NCBI GenBank assembly: GCA_035529895.1
Contig: DATKVV010000022.1
Coordinates: forward strand, 1 to 64,000
Source: Sedimentisphaerales bacterium
GTDB lineage: Bacteria > Planctomycetota > Phycisphaerae > Sedimentisphaerales > Anaerobacaceae
Reading direction: 5' to 3'
DNA length: 64,000 bases
Shown: positions 15,277 to 25,296 of the stretch, piece after piece
How positions within the stretch are numbered: the first letter of the stretch is position 1
Layout: every line of letters begins with the position of its first letter
Translations under genes and position numbers: made by a program
The notes under the pieces: model-generated
Told to the model about the DNA's origin: nothing
Databases searched by the model: none
The model's input: only the letters and a program-made list of their open reading frames with translations

Positions 15277-16965
15277 CTACTCGGTTGGAGGCGAATACAG
15301 CCTGACATTGTCGATCCAGGCGCAATTCGAACCGCCGGGTGGAATACCGAAGCGGCCGCTAAAGTTTATATAATACCAACTGAAAGTGTGCTCACCGGGT
15401 GTAACTGTGTATGTCTCAAGAGCCCAATCATCCTCGCCGTCCCATTCACCTTGTTTTACATCGTCAATATAGAACCGCAGAGGATCCCAGCCTGAATTAC
15501 TGGAAACTTTGCGCCAAAAACTAATATGGTTGCAATCGGTATCCAAAGTAATCTCTAGTATGGTTACTTCAGAATTACAAGTATTGGCAGATCTTGCGGA
15601 ATAGCTACCTTCATACACAACATCAGACACAACATTCCAAAACAGGCCTAAAGCACTACCATCCATAACATCAAAAGAATTATGTTGCCAATAGTATTTG
15701 CTGAAATCTCCCGTCTCAAAATCTTCATAAATGCCCTCAAGCCAATGTTTTGCTAAAACAGACACATCATGAAAATCAACTACACAGTCTCCATTTGGCA
15801 ATGGTGCAACATCTACAAAGAACTCATCCTGTAACCAATAAGAGGCCAGTTTCGCAAAATCTTTGAAGTTCGTATTTCCATCTCCGGTAAGGTCTCCGGT
15901 GTGGCGACCGTCTTTAGCAATCGATGCAATCCAGGCTTCATATTGGCCGCTGGGATTAGTCCCATTACCCACAATCGTCAAACCATCAGCAGATATTCCT
16001 GTCGCAGAATTCAACGTCCAGCCAGTGAGGTTCAGACCAAATGTATTTTCCAACATGTCCTGAATACTCCGCCTGCCGTGACACTCATCCCAGATAAACG
16101 CTCCACTGCCAACTACAACCGAGCCGTCGGCTGAGACTGCCATAGCGCTGCCCCCACCTAAACTGACCATTCCTTCAGATTCTGTCCAGCGAAACGCTTC
16201 CGTATGCGAACTCATATGTGCGCGTCCCACCACAACCGAGCCATCCCGTGAGACTGCAAACGCTGTCGTGGCGATGCTCCCTGGCAAATCACCCAGTCCT
16301 ACCATACCACCGGATTCTGTCCAGCGGAAAGCTCCATCTGATGCGCCAGCGCTTCCTCCCACCACAACAGAACCATCGGCTGATATGCCATAGGCTTGAC
16401 TGTAGAATTCCCCGCCCGGTAAATCACCCAGTCCCACCATACCACCGGGTTCCGTCCAGCGGAAAGCTTCAAAGCCTGATGCGGACCAACTCGTTCCTAC
16501 CACGGCTGAGCCATCGGCTGAAACACCATAACCATAGCTTAGAAAAGGTCCACCCGCCAAGTCACCAAGGCCAACCATGCCAGCTGATTCGGTCCAGCGG
16601 AAAGCTTCAACGTCACCAGATCCGGTCTTTTGACTCCACCCCACCACGATCGAACCATTCGCTGAAACACCTGTAGCTTCAGTTGTGTTTTCCCCAGACA
16701 AATAGCCTAAATTCTGCATGCCATCTTCTGCCGTCCAGCGAAATGCTACTGTAAGAAAATGGGACCTGCTTATTCCCACTACAACCGAGCCATCAGCTGA
16801 TACAGCATAGGCTTGGCTAACCCAATCCCAACCCGGCACATAGCCCAGACCTTGAAAACTGGCTGCATCTGACCGTGAAAAACAGGTGAAACTCACAAAA
16901 ACAATTCCAAGCAACACCAGACGGGTTTTAGAACCATCAATCAATTTCACTTTCTTTTTACTCAT
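15277..16965 (-). CDS. Secreted HAF-repeat protein with dockerin-like Ca-binding repeats and a C-terminal beta-sandwich-like domain.
   Basis: Signal peptide. At least 8 repeats of the W(T/R)..xGMxxLG..xG...SxAxG(V/I)SADGSxVVG type (the HAF extracellular repeat). DLTGDGNTNFKDF and PNGDCVVDFHDVSVLAKHWL dockerin-like loops. Confidence 0.6.
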   Translation of the reverse strand: MSKKKVKLIDGSKTRLVLLGIVFVSFTCFSRSDAASFQGLGYVPGWDWVSQAYAVSADGSVVVGISRSHFLTVAFRWTAEDGMQNLGYLSGENTTEATGVSANGSIVVGWSQKTGSGDVEAFRWTESAGMVGLGDLAGGPFLSYGYGVSADGSAVVGTSWSASGFEAFRWTEPGGMVGLGDLPGGEFYSQAYGISADGSVVVGGSAGASDGAFRWTESGGMVGLGDLPGSIATTAFAVSRDGSVVVGRAHMSSHTEAFRWTESEGMVSLGGGSAMAVSADGSVVVGSGAFIWDECHGRRSIQDMLENTFGLNLTGWTLNSATGISADGLTIVGNGTNPSGQYEAWIASIAKDGRHTGDLTGDGNTNFKDFAKLASYWLQDEFFVDVAPLPNGDCVVDFHDVSVLAKHWLEGIYEDFETGDFSKYYWQHNSFDVMDGSALGLFWNVVSDVVYEGSYSARSANTCNSEVTILEITLDTDCNHISFWRKVSSNSGWDPLRFYIDDVKQGEWDGEDDWALETYTVTPGEHTFSWYYINFSGRFGIPPGGSNCAWIDNVRLYSPPTE

Positions 16966-17548
16966 TAAAAACTAAACTCACTTTCACCATCTTCCGCCAA
17001 AAAAAGCGAATAGTTCTCTTTCATCTTAAGTATTTATAATGATAACATTTATCGAAAATAAATTCAAGCCTTTTCTGGGACAATCGGCAACCAATGGTAA
17101 TCGACACAACCTGTCCTCCATTATACCGAGACAATACTGTAGCATCTCAGTCTCATACCACAAATCAACTCTGCGAGAGTTGTATCGTTCGCCACTGTAG
17201 TCTTTTTATCGTACTCGCAGAACTCTCACGGGTGTTTTGCTTGTTTATAAAGTTGGCTCTTCCACAGAATTTGTGGGTAAGTTCGTACATCGCCCTTCGA
17301 TTTCACTCAGGACTTCGCTCAGGGTAAACTTCTGCTTTTGGAATGACAATTCGCATTTCGCATGTTGTATTGCGTGGCTGGTATCGAGCTGGCGGGATGG
17401 GCAAGTTGTTTGGGGGTGTGGTGGGTTGCCGAGTTTGCCGGGGTTTTGTGAGACGGCGGCGGTCCCGGTGAGATAGCTGCCTTATGGGCAGGTAAGGTCA
17501 TCTCACGGGACAAATTTTGGGCTTCGGTAGGCATCTTGAGGTTCTCCG

Positions 17549-17616
17549 TGTTCAGGGTTGAGGTTTCAGGGTTCAAGGGTCCAAGGGTTCAGGTTCCAGG
17601 GTTCAGTATTCAGGTT
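17549..17616. repeat. Imperfect heptamer microsatellite, about 9 units of gttcagg-like sequence.
   Basis: ttcagggttgaggtttcagggttcaagggtccaagggttcaggttccagggttcagtattcagg. Confidence 0.6.
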
Positions 17617-17656
17617 TATTAGTTTGATATAGATTATACAAAAAGATATGTTAGCT

Positions 17657-17713
17657 GTCAAGTGAAAAATTCTCTCAAGGGTCTCATGGAACAGGGATTT
17701 CGATACGAGAATG
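17657..17713. mobile_element. Short relic matching the internal C-terminal coding sequence of the IS transposase fragment at 14780..15262 (24-bp identical core tctcatggaacagggatttcgata).
   Basis: Compare 15028..15066 with 17657..17713. Both are in the same orientation and flank the HAF-repeat gene. Confidence 0.45.
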
Positions 17714-17830
17714 ACTGTTTAAGTAAAGCTGGCAAACGGACTGTCTTGATGAGTTAGTGCTATTAAAAAAGCCCCCACCTGAAAATAAGTTGAGGGCTGG
17801 AGGTTTCAGTATCTATATCATAAATGTCAT

Positions 17831-19336
17831 TTATTTTTTCTCTGAAGCAGGCTCTTTGTCGAGCATACCCCTGAGAACAGTTCCCATCAGCGCATCGGTC
17901 ATACCTGCACCTGCACCGCCGACCATTACTTCCGGCGTAATCCTGATTTTCCCGGTCTCGACCAGTTTCATAATCTCGATAAGAGCGGCATTATTTGCGC
18001 CAATCACCTCGGAAATCTTCTTATAAGCCAGAGCCTTAGCCTCAGCGGTAACCTTAATTAATTCAGCCTCGGCCGTTGCGCCAATAATTTTTTTCAGCTT
18101 ATCCTGCTCGGCAATCTGAACGTTATACATAGCAGTTGCCAGCCGTTTTTCCTCTTCAGCCTCCTGCCTGGTCTTTGTGAGTTCCTTTTGTTTTTCCGCT
18201 GCACGCTGCTGTTCCTCGAACGTTGCCTGTTCCTGAAGGGCTATTTCACGGTCTGTCTGGGTCTTCAGAAGCAAACCCAGGCTCTTTTCGTCTCCGATAT
18301 CTCCGACACGCACAGCAAGAACGGTTACTCCGTATTTGGCGAGTTCCTCTTTGAGCATTGATGTACTTTGCGATTCCTGCTTGGAGCGGTTCTGAACATA
18401 TTCAAGCGCTTTGACCTTTTCAGCATTATTTCTAAATATTGCTCTGACTGCCGGCGTCACGAGCTTGGTCAGAACAAGTGCATCATCACCCACAGTGGCA
18501 ACCACTCGCGGCGCATCGTCGCTGTTTATCTTGTAGGTCATTCGAACGTCTACGGGAAACGTAAAGCCGTCCTTACTGCGAACAGTTATTGGCTTCATAG
18601 GCTGATACGCTTCGCCTTCACCTTGTTCTTTCTCGGCGGTGTAGCTGACCTTGACCTGCCGAATGCTGATAGGCGTCGCTTCATAAGCTTTCGTATGTAG
18701 TCTGTATTTTCCTTCTGTTAACGGCTTTTTCCATACCCCTTTCTGGCCTACCTCCACCAAGCGGTCTTCAGAGTCAACTGCTTCGCCCACGTTACTCTTA
18801 ATAACCACAACCGTGCCAACCTTAACATTTGTTATCGGCTCTGTTGTTATGGTAAACAGCTTGGTATTGATGCGGTACCTACCCGGCGAAAGTACTGAAA
18901 GCTGGGGGCCTTTGTAGCCTTTGCCTTGGGCCAGGAAATACTCTGCGTTGAGCATTTTTTCCGGGTCCTTCCATTCCGGCGCATAAATCGCGCCGGCAGG
19001 CAGGCTTTGCCCGTCCGCGGCCTGTATCAGGCCCACAAACCCGGTCTTTATCTCGGTCATCTTAATCTGGGTGACATTGTACTGCCATCTCCATTTGACA
19101 TGCCAGCCCGGCGCCAGAATCTGTGCCTGAACGCCGTTCTCTGCGTTTATCGCTAAAACCTTTCCCTCGGGAAGGCTTCCTCCGAAGAGTTTCTTCTCGA
19201 CGATCCCCACTTCATCGCCGTCAATTTTCACAATCGAGCTGGCAATTACGGCAATCAAAGCAATCAAAAACACCACAACAAGTATCAAAGTTGCCGTGAC
19301 CTTGTTTACAGGTATTCGTTCCCATCTAGCGTCCAT
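17831..19336 (-). CDS. Flotillin-like SPFH/band-7 domain protein.
   Basis: N-terminal TM segment. SPFH core. Long Ala/Glu-rich coiled-coil flotillin tail (EQQRAAEKQKELTKTRQEAEEEKRLA...). Confidence 0.7.
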   Translation of the reverse strand: MDARWERIPVNKVTATLILVVVFLIALIAVIASSIVKIDGDEVGIVEKKLFGGSLPEGKVLAINAENGVQAQILAPGWHVKWRWQYNVTQIKMTEIKTGFVGLIQAADGQSLPAGAIYAPEWKDPEKMLNAEYFLAQGKGYKGPQLSVLSPGRYRINTKLFTITTEPITNVKVGTVVVIKSNVGEAVDSEDRLVEVGQKGVWKKPLTEGKYRLHTKAYEATPISIRQVKVSYTAEKEQGEGEAYQPMKPITVRSKDGFTFPVDVRMTYKINSDDAPRVVATVGDDALVLTKLVTPAVRAIFRNNAEKVKALEYVQNRSKQESQSTSMLKEELAKYGVTVLAVRVGDIGDEKSLGLLLKTQTDREIALQEQATFEEQQRAAEKQKELTKTRQEAEEEKRLATAMYNVQIAEQDKLKKIIGATAEAELIKVTAEAKALAYKKISEVIGANNAALIEIMKLVETGKIRITPEVMVGGAGAGMTDALMGTVLRGMLDKEPASEKK

Positions 19337-19691
19337 AATAGTCCCTTTCCAAATAAACTGTCAAGAATACAGTTTCTTAAACACCCCGGCAATTATAATG
19401 CCAAAAGCCGTAGTTGTTTAGTGTGGGATTTCCCATATATACCTGCTCAGCTGCGCCGCTGAGTCTCATTTCTAATAGAATAGAATATAATATCAAGTCT
19501 ATTTTGAAAAATCAAGCTTTCTTGCCGCTACTCGAAGATTTTCCGGGCAGATACCAGGGCAGGCAAAATCGAGGCATCAAATGAGCTAAGCGGGTTTTCT
19601 TACAGCACGACCATTTCCGCCAGCTGACCAAGAGCCTCGGCCTGGGCGTCCGCGCAATCGACTGGATGCGATTGTTGTATGCCGCTTCCTT

Positions 19692-21275
19692 CTATTCATT
19701 GACGAACGCCGTCTTGTTTTTCTCCCACCATGCTCTTGCGTGCTGGACCAGAGGCTCGGGGTTCCATGGTCCCTGACGCTGTGGAAACCCAAAATCGATG
19801 CCCGCGAGATTCTCTATCGCACGTGCTGCCGCCTCCTGATCAGACAGCGATGCAGCATTAAGACGTTCGCCAAGAAAGGGCACGTCAGTGCGGTCGCCAA
19901 GGTCTCCGATGGCCTGAAGCACCCAGATGCGTGTCTGAGCGGACTTGTGATCGGCGAGTCGTTTCAGCAGAGGAACGGCTTCGCGCACGTTGAGGTATCG
20001 TAGCGCAAGTGAAGTCTGTTCAATAACGCCACCATCTGTTTCGGTTTTGATAAGTTCGAGAAGCGGCACTTCTGCTTCCTCGATTCTCATATCGCCAAGT
20101 GCTCTGGCGGCATTTGCCCTCACATACGCATTATCGTCTTTGAGACAGGCAATGAGGAGTGGGACAGCACGTTTGTAACGCAAATAACCTATCCCTCGAA
20201 CAGCCCGCCACTTTGCATCAACATCCTTTGTTTTCTCAACAATTTCTATGAACAGACGAGCTGCCCCATAATTGTCAACTTTTAGAGGAGGGAGTCGAGA
20301 TAAACCAGGTTTCTCAACGGCTTCACGGGCCCCAACTGGGTGGAATTCTCCAACTACCTTCCAGACGGGTGGACCGCCGATTAGCCCCTGGCAGTCCTCC
20401 TTCACTATCAGCTTCTTAAGCGACTTGGGGATGACATAGATGCCGTAGGGAGTAACTCTCTTGCCCTCTGGTCCGGTCTGGTAGAAGCGACCGCGCACGA
20501 ACAGTTCAATCGCATCCTCGCAGTCAAGAGCATGGCAAAGTGCGATACCATCACAGTTCCACCCCTTGCCGTGGAACACGCCCACAGCCATATCCTTGGT
20601 AAAATCGATCTCGGGCAATCCGTCGTTCTCTCCGGCGTGGCTCTTCCACAGCTTCTTCCACTCATCGCTGGAAGTAATCCGCACGCACCGCCGTTTCTTG
20701 ATCTTGCTGTCGTCTCCTGAAAGCCTCTTGCCTACGTCGAGCGGCTTGCCCCTGAGTTCCTTTTCCTTCTCATCCAATGCAACGAGGCCTTTGTCGTCTT
20801 CGGTTAAGTACTTCTCTTTGCCAGTCCTGATCTCGAAGAAACGCCCGGAGCCTTTCCTGCCGCCAACGCGAAGTAAGACCGCGCCCTCCCCCGTCTTGGA
20901 ATCCGTGGTCTGCACGAAAGAGAGGCTCTTGTACGAGGCACCGAGAGACTTGGCCCAGAGCGTCTCTTTTGTTGTCCCGTCAACGACAACGACGTCCGAC
21001 GTCAAGGACAGGTAGCCTTCGACACCGTGTCCCACAATGCCCACGTCCACAGCAACCTTGGCACCAGAGACGGAGATCCAGCGGCCACCGCTTCTTTTGG
21101 ACGCGTTGTAGCAGAGGCAGACGCCGTCGTTTTCCGGTTGGACAAGCACCGCGTCTGACTTAAAGGGACCCTCGACAGGATCTGCCGCAATCGCGGCTAG
21201 GGCTAGCACGGCGCAACAAGCAGCGGCCAACCAAGCCATCTTCCACATCTCTTGTCTCCTTTCAGGATCGCTCAA
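19692..21275 (-). CDS. Secreted protein with C-terminal HEAT/PBS-lyase-like repeats.
   Basis: Signal peptide MWKMAWLAAACCAVLALAAIAA. Repeats of the VPLLIACLKDDNAYVRANAARALG type are present. Confidence 0.5.
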   Translation of the reverse strand: MSDPERRQEMWKMAWLAAACCAVLALAAIAADPVEGPFKSDAVLVQPENDGVCLCYNASKRSGGRWISVSGAKVAVDVGIVGHGVEGYLSLTSDVVVVDGTTKETLWAKSLGASYKSLSFVQTTDSKTGEGAVLLRVGGRKGSGRFFEIRTGKEKYLTEDDKGLVALDEKEKELRGKPLDVGKRLSGDDSKIKKRRCVRITSSDEWKKLWKSHAGENDGLPEIDFTKDMAVGVFHGKGWNCDGIALCHALDCEDAIELFVRGRFYQTGPEGKRVTPYGIYVIPKSLKKLIVKEDCQGLIGGPPVWKVVGEFHPVGAREAVEKPGLSRLPPLKVDNYGAARLFIEIVEKTKDVDAKWRAVRGIGYLRYKRAVPLLIACLKDDNAYVRANAARALGDMRIEEAEVPLLELIKTETDGGVIEQTSLALRYLNVREAVPLLKRLADHKSAQTRIWVLQAIGDLGDRTDVPFLGERLNAASLSDQEAAARAIENLAGIDFGFPQRQGPWNPEPLVQHARAWWEKNKTAFVNE

Positions 21276-21431
21276 CGATGATTATATAGTGTGTATGAAA
21301 CGCCAAACATTTTGGCTCGTCCTCCGTAGAAGTTCCGCTTCGGAGGATGGATATCTCGTATTTCCCTTCAAGATGTGCGCATCCACGCCGTTAGCGACAG
21401 AAAATAACACGAAGGGAGGGAAGAAGCAAGA

Positions 21432-21464
21432 AAAAAACCTGTTAATCCGCCTGAGGCGGATTAA
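21432..21464 (-). terminator. Intrinsic terminator on the minus strand: hairpin taatccgcc-tga-ggcggatta followed by a 7-nt U tract.
   Basis: Sequence aaaaaaacctgttaatccgcctgaggcggatta on the plus strand. It insulates the HEAT-repeat gene from the REP/RAYT region. Confidence 0.4.
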
Positions 21465-21515
21465 AGTGCGAACTGCAAAACTCTGGAGTGCGTGCATTCG
21501 GCTGCGCTCAGGAGT

Positions 21516-21890
21516 TCAGTGAATAAGAACGGTGGGGCAAGCCCCACCCCACGAAAGAATAAGAACGGTCGAGCAAACCCCACCCTACAAAAGTAAAAGA
21601 AGGATTCTACGGCCGAGTGAACGATTTCGAACAAATTACAAACACGAGTACAGAGGGCTTCGGTGAATAAGGACGGTGGAGCAAGCCCTACCTTACAAAA
21701 GAATAAGAACGGTCGAGCACGCCCCACCCTACAAAAGTAAAAGAAGGATTCTACGGCCGAGTGAACAATTTCGAACAAATTACAAACATGAGCACAGAGG
21801 GCTTCGGTGAATAAGGACGGTGGGGCAAGCCCCACCCTACAAAAGAATAAGGACGGTGGGGCAAGCCCCACCTTACGATTTTGGTTGTTT
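21516..21890. repeat. REP/BIME-like array. It contains GGTGGGGCAAGCCCCACC palindromic REP units interleaved with two extra copies (21594..21671 and 21738..21815) of the last 78 bp of the downstream RAYT gene.
   Basis: Direct inspection. An identical 78-bp segment gtaaaagaaggattctacggccgagtgaac.atttcgaacaaattacaaaca.gag.acagagggcttcggtgaataa occurs 3 times (the third is the true 3' end at 22433..22510). Confidence 0.75.
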
Positions 21891-21922
21891 GTCGCGTATT
21901 TTCCAGTTTTGCAGGGTAGGTC

Positions 21923-22510
21923 TTGCCCGGCCATAATAATGTCGATAATATATTTTCCATGCCGAACTATATACGCGCCAGGTTTGAGGGAGGGTATTAT
22001 TTTTTCACGGTCGTCACATACCAACGCATAAAACTATTTGGTACGGAACTTGCTCGCCGTTGTCTGAGAGAAGCGATCGAGAAAACGCAATCACGGCGAC
22101 CATTTGAGACCATTGCGTTTTGTCTTTTGTTCGACCATTTGCATTACATCTGGAAGCTTCCCGAAGATGATACGGATTATTCAAAACGCTGGTCTTCGAT
22201 AAAAGGCCAATTCAGTAAAGAATATTTGAAATTAAGCGGTCAACGCAAACGGGTTTCACCATCACGAGCGCGCAAAGGAGAGGTTTGCATTTGGCAGCGG
22301 CGATTCTGGGAACATCAAATACGTGATGAAAATGACCTTCAGCGCCACGTTGATTATGTTCATTATAACCCGGTCAAACATGGATTCGTTCAGCACGTTG
22401 AAGAGTGGCCTTGGTCAACCTATCACAAATACGTAAAAGAAGGATTCTACGGCCGAGTGAACGATTTCGAACAAATTACAAACACGAGTACAGAGGGCTT
22501 CGGTGAATAA
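21923..22510 (+). CDS. REP-associated tyrosine transposase (RAYT; IS200/IS605-like Y1 HUH transposase).
   Basis: HuH motif HLHYIW. Catalytic-Tyr region WSTYHKY. FFTVVTYQR N-terminal beta-strand. Flanked on both sides by REP hairpins. Confidence 0.75.
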   Translation: MPGHNNVDNIFSMPNYIRARFEGGYYFFTVVTYQRIKLFGTELARRCLREAIEKTQSRRPFETIAFCLLFDHLHYIWKLPEDDTDYSKRWSSIKGQFSKEYLKLSGQRKRVSPSRARKGEVCIWQRRFWEHQIRDENDLQRHVDYVHYNPVKHGFVQHVEEWPWSTYHKYVKEGFYGRVNDFEQITNTSTEGFGE

Positions 22511-22545
22511 GGACGGTGGGGCAAGCCCTACCTTACAGTAGCTGT
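22511..22545. repeat. REP hairpin (ggacggtggggcaagccctacc) immediately 3' of the RAYT gene. It probably doubles as a terminator for convergent asnS.
   Basis: Same palindrome family as the upstream array. Confidence 0.6.
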
Positions 22546-22612
22546 TGGCGTCTCGATTTGGCATTTACGATTTTGGATTCGGCAGCCTGTGAGCAGGTCG
22601 AGGGCAGGCACG

Positions 22613-24124
22613 TCAGATATAGACTTTGTCCATGAGGCGGGGGAAGGCGATGCACTGGCGGATGTGCTTTTCGCCGGTAATCCAGGCGACGGTTCTTTCG
22701 ACGCCGAGGCCGAAGCCGCCGTGGGGCACCGAGCCGTACTTGCGGAGGTCCAGGTACCAACCGTAATTTTCGGGATTGAGGCCCTGTTCGTTGATACGCG
22801 CAAGCAGGCGGTCGTGGTCATCTTCGCGCACTGAGCCGCCGATGATTTCGCCGAAACCAGCAGGGGCCAGACAATCGAAATTCAAAACCACCTTCTCGTC
22901 GTCCCTGTCGGTCTTCATATAAAAGGCCTTTGCCGCCTTGGGATAGTGGGTGACGAAGACGGGCTTGTCGTGCATCTGTGAGATGATGGTCTCATCCGAA
23001 CCGCCGAGGTCCTTGCCCCACTGAAACTCGGCGGCCAGTTGCGCGTGTTTTGGGTTGTTTTCAATCCTGGTGTCGGTTTCGACAAGCTCGCTGCGCAAAT
23101 CGATTAATTCGGCGGCGATTTTGTCCTGCTGCCACTGCTTCAACTGTCCTTTTTGTTTTTCTTCGAGTTCGGCAATTCTCGTCTCAATCTCGCGCTTTTG
23201 GTTCTTAAAATCTTCCAACTGCCGCGCGAGAAAGTCTTTGGTCTTTTGGCCGGTCAGAATATCCACGGCCTCGGTGTAGGTCAATCGGTAAAAAGGCGGC
23301 TTGATTTTTTCCAGCGAGGCAATGTCGGCGCCGAGCGTTTCGAGGTGCGCCCGGTTCTTTTGCAAAACCTGAGCGACGATGAAGGATACGAAATTCTCGC
23401 CCAATTCGAGCAGGCCGTTCAGGTCGATAAAGGCCACCTCCGGCTCGACCATCCAGAATTCGGTGAGGTGGCGGCGGGTCTTGCTCTTTTCGGCCCTGAA
23501 GGTGGGCCCGAAGCAATAGACCTTGCCGAAGCTCATCGCGGCCGATTCGAGATGCAATTGGCCGGTCTGGGTCAGGTACAGGGGCGTGCCAAAATAATCC
23601 ACTTCAAAGAGCGTCTGTTCCTCTTCGCCGGCGGCTGCGCTGAAGATGGGCGTATCAATCAGCGTAAAGCCGTTGTCGTTGAAGAATCTGCGGATGGCGT
23701 CAATGACGGTATGGCGGATTTTGCCGATGCACCACGGGCGCTGCGAGCGAAGGTGCAGGTGGCGGTTCTTGAGCAGAAAATCGACGCCGTGGGACTTTGG
23801 CGTGATGGGATAATCGGTTGCGGGCGATACGATTTGGGCGTTTGTTACGGCCAATTCATAGCCGCCGACGCTTCTGTCGTCGGCGCGGACGGCGCCGGTA
23901 ACGGTGAGGGACGATTCCTGGCCGAGGCGTCTTAGCTGGTCGAACAGCTCGTCGGGCACATTGCCCTTTTCCACCACGCACTGGCAGAGGCCGGTGCCGT
24001 CCCTGAGGATCAAGAACTGTATCTTGCCGCTGGCCCTGCTGTTATAGAGCCAGCCGGCGAGAGTGACCTCCTGTCCGACATTGTTCTTTAATTCTGATAC
24101 GCAAGTTGTCTCGTTATTCGACAT
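22613..24124 (-). CDS. asnS: Asparaginyl-tRNA synthetase (class IIb) with an internal coiled-coil insertion.
   Basis: FRAE and EFWMVEPE motif (AsnRS-specific; LysRS has FRNEG and AspRS has FRDED). N-terminal OB anticodon-binding domain. Class II motif 3 region [10 protein letters not shown]. Confidence 0.8.
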   Translation of the reverse strand: MSNNETTCVSELKNNVGQEVTLAGWLYNSRASGKIQFLILRDGTGLCQCVVEKGNVPDELFDQLRRLGQESSLTVTGAVRADDRSVGGYELAVTNAQIVSPATDYPITPKSHGVDFLLKNRHLHLRSQRPWCIGKIRHTVIDAIRRFFNDNGFTLIDTPIFSAAAGEEEQTLFEVDYFGTPLYLTQTGQLHLESAAMSFGKVYCFGPTFRAEKSKTRRHLTEFWMVEPEVAFIDLNGLLELGENFVSFIVAQVLQKNRAHLETLGADIASLEKIKPPFYRLTYTEAVDILTGQKTKDFLARQLEDFKNQKREIETRIAELEEKQKGQLKQWQQDKIAAELIDLRSELVETDTRIENNPKHAQLAAEFQWGKDLGGSDETIISQMHDKPVFVTHYPKAAKAFYMKTDRDDEKVVLNFDCLAPAGFGEIIGGSVREDDHDRLLARINEQGLNPENYGWYLDLRKYGSVPHGGFGLGVERTVAWITGEKHIRQCIAFPRLMDKVYI

Positions 24125-24134
24125 TCACCTTCTC

Positions 24135-25265
24135 CTATTTCACTTTTCGACCTCTCACCGGCCAGATAAGCCAATCATCGGCGACGCCTTTGCGGCTTCC
24201 ATCTTCATCGATATTGTTTTGCCCCTTGCTGTAGAGGGTGAAGCCGTTTTCGTTGAGTTTATAGACGAAGGCGCCGCCGTTAATTGGGTCAACCAGGATT
24301 TCCTGTTGAACTGATTCTCGCAGGACGCCGAGGTCCTGTGGCCAGCGGCCGTGCGCATCCTTGTATCGTCTCAGACCTGCCAGGATATGAATGGCGCGGC
24401 GCTCCGCAAGGATGCGAAGGTAGATTTGGCGAGCGCGTTCAAGGAGCTTGCGGTCTGTCGAGAGAAGTATTTTTTTCAAACGGGCAAGTAAGGTCAAGTG
24501 TGTTCTTTCGATCAATTTCTGAACCTCAATTACCGGTGCCATGTCCTGGTCCCACGTGTCCTTAATGTTGGATACCGCTGCTTGGATCATGGCCAGGTCT
24601 TCGTTGCTGACATCGGCCTGGAGAATAAGTCTCTTGAGGTGCCCCAGGGCAAGGGCCTCAATGGCGGTACCCACCAAAAGCTTCGTCATATCCGGCTGCT
24701 CGCGAAAGTGTGCGCCCATTCGAATCAGGCAAAGGTATTTTTGCAGGGCCGCGTCGGTGCGCCCATCGGCCATGTCGTTATTCGCGGCCGAAACGAGCAA
24801 TTGCGCCCATTGGCGCACGGCCTGGAGGAGGTTCATTTCCTGGGTCCTGCCTGCGGTTTCAATGGGTATGGGAAAGCGACACTTTTGTTTTCGGGAGGCC
24901 TCAACTATTCTGCTTATTTGGCTTTGATGAGCCTGCAGCCACTCGGCGGCCTCGGGGTGGTCCTCGGAAAGCCACGGGCCGCGCATCCCATCCATACCGA
25001 GGAAAGACGGCTGCCCGGACACCAAATCTGTATTCGCCAGGACTTCGTTGTAAATCACTGCGGCGTTTTCGGAGTCGGGGATGGCTCGTGCGGCCTCGAT
25101 GGCGGCGAGCTGCTGCTCGGCCGATTGCAGGGTGAGTCGGTCGCTGAGCCAGAGAAGGGCGAGGACCGCGGCCGCAACCAGCAGGGTAACGCCGGCCCAG
25201 CGGCGCAGGCGGGGTGCGCGCCTTTTTGTTTGGGCCTGCTGCTGCTCGGTTTCGTTCTCTGCCAT
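24135..25265 (-). CDS. Membrane-anchored hypothetical protein (one N-terminal TM, large extracytoplasmic domain).
   Basis: ORF track. The internal start MAENETEQ is preceded by a ggaggg SD. Confidence 0.45.
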   Translation of the reverse strand: MAENETEQQQAQTKRRAPRLRRWAGVTLLVAAAVLALLWLSDRLTLQSAEQQLAAIEAARAIPDSENAAVIYNEVLANTDLVSGQPSFLGMDGMRGPWLSEDHPEAAEWLQAHQSQISRIVEASRKQKCRFPIPIETAGRTQEMNLLQAVRQWAQLLVSAANNDMADGRTDAALQKYLCLIRMGAHFREQPDMTKLLVGTAIEALALGHLKRLILQADVSNEDLAMIQAAVSNIKDTWDQDMAPVIEVQKLIERTHLTLLARLKKILLSTDRKLLERARQIYLRILAERRAIHILAGLRRYKDAHGRWPQDLGVLRESVQQEILVDPINGGAFVYKLNENGFTLYSKGQNNIDEDGSRKGVADDWLIWPVRGRKVK

Positions 25266-25296
25266 CGTGCTCCCTCCACGCCGCGGCAGCACCTGC

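Noticed and set aside
17760-17830. Possible terminator hairpin after the flotillin gene.
   Set aside because: The apparent complementary segments are not on the same strand in inverted orientation. There is no real stem.
21461-22024. 187-aa minus-strand ORF running through the REP array into the RAYT 5' end.
   Set aside because: The ORF is generated by the tandem repeats (the translation is itself repetitive). The RAYT on the plus strand has the HuH motif.
23153-23935. Long plus-strand ORFs antisense to asnS (23153..23935) and to glyQS (26057..27094), obg/tkt (39771..41000), the PHP gene (37637..38752), the GH-like gene (47084..47863) and the Tat protein (48869..49720).
   Set aside because: All oppose genes with unambiguous conserved motifs. 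They are shadow ORFs.
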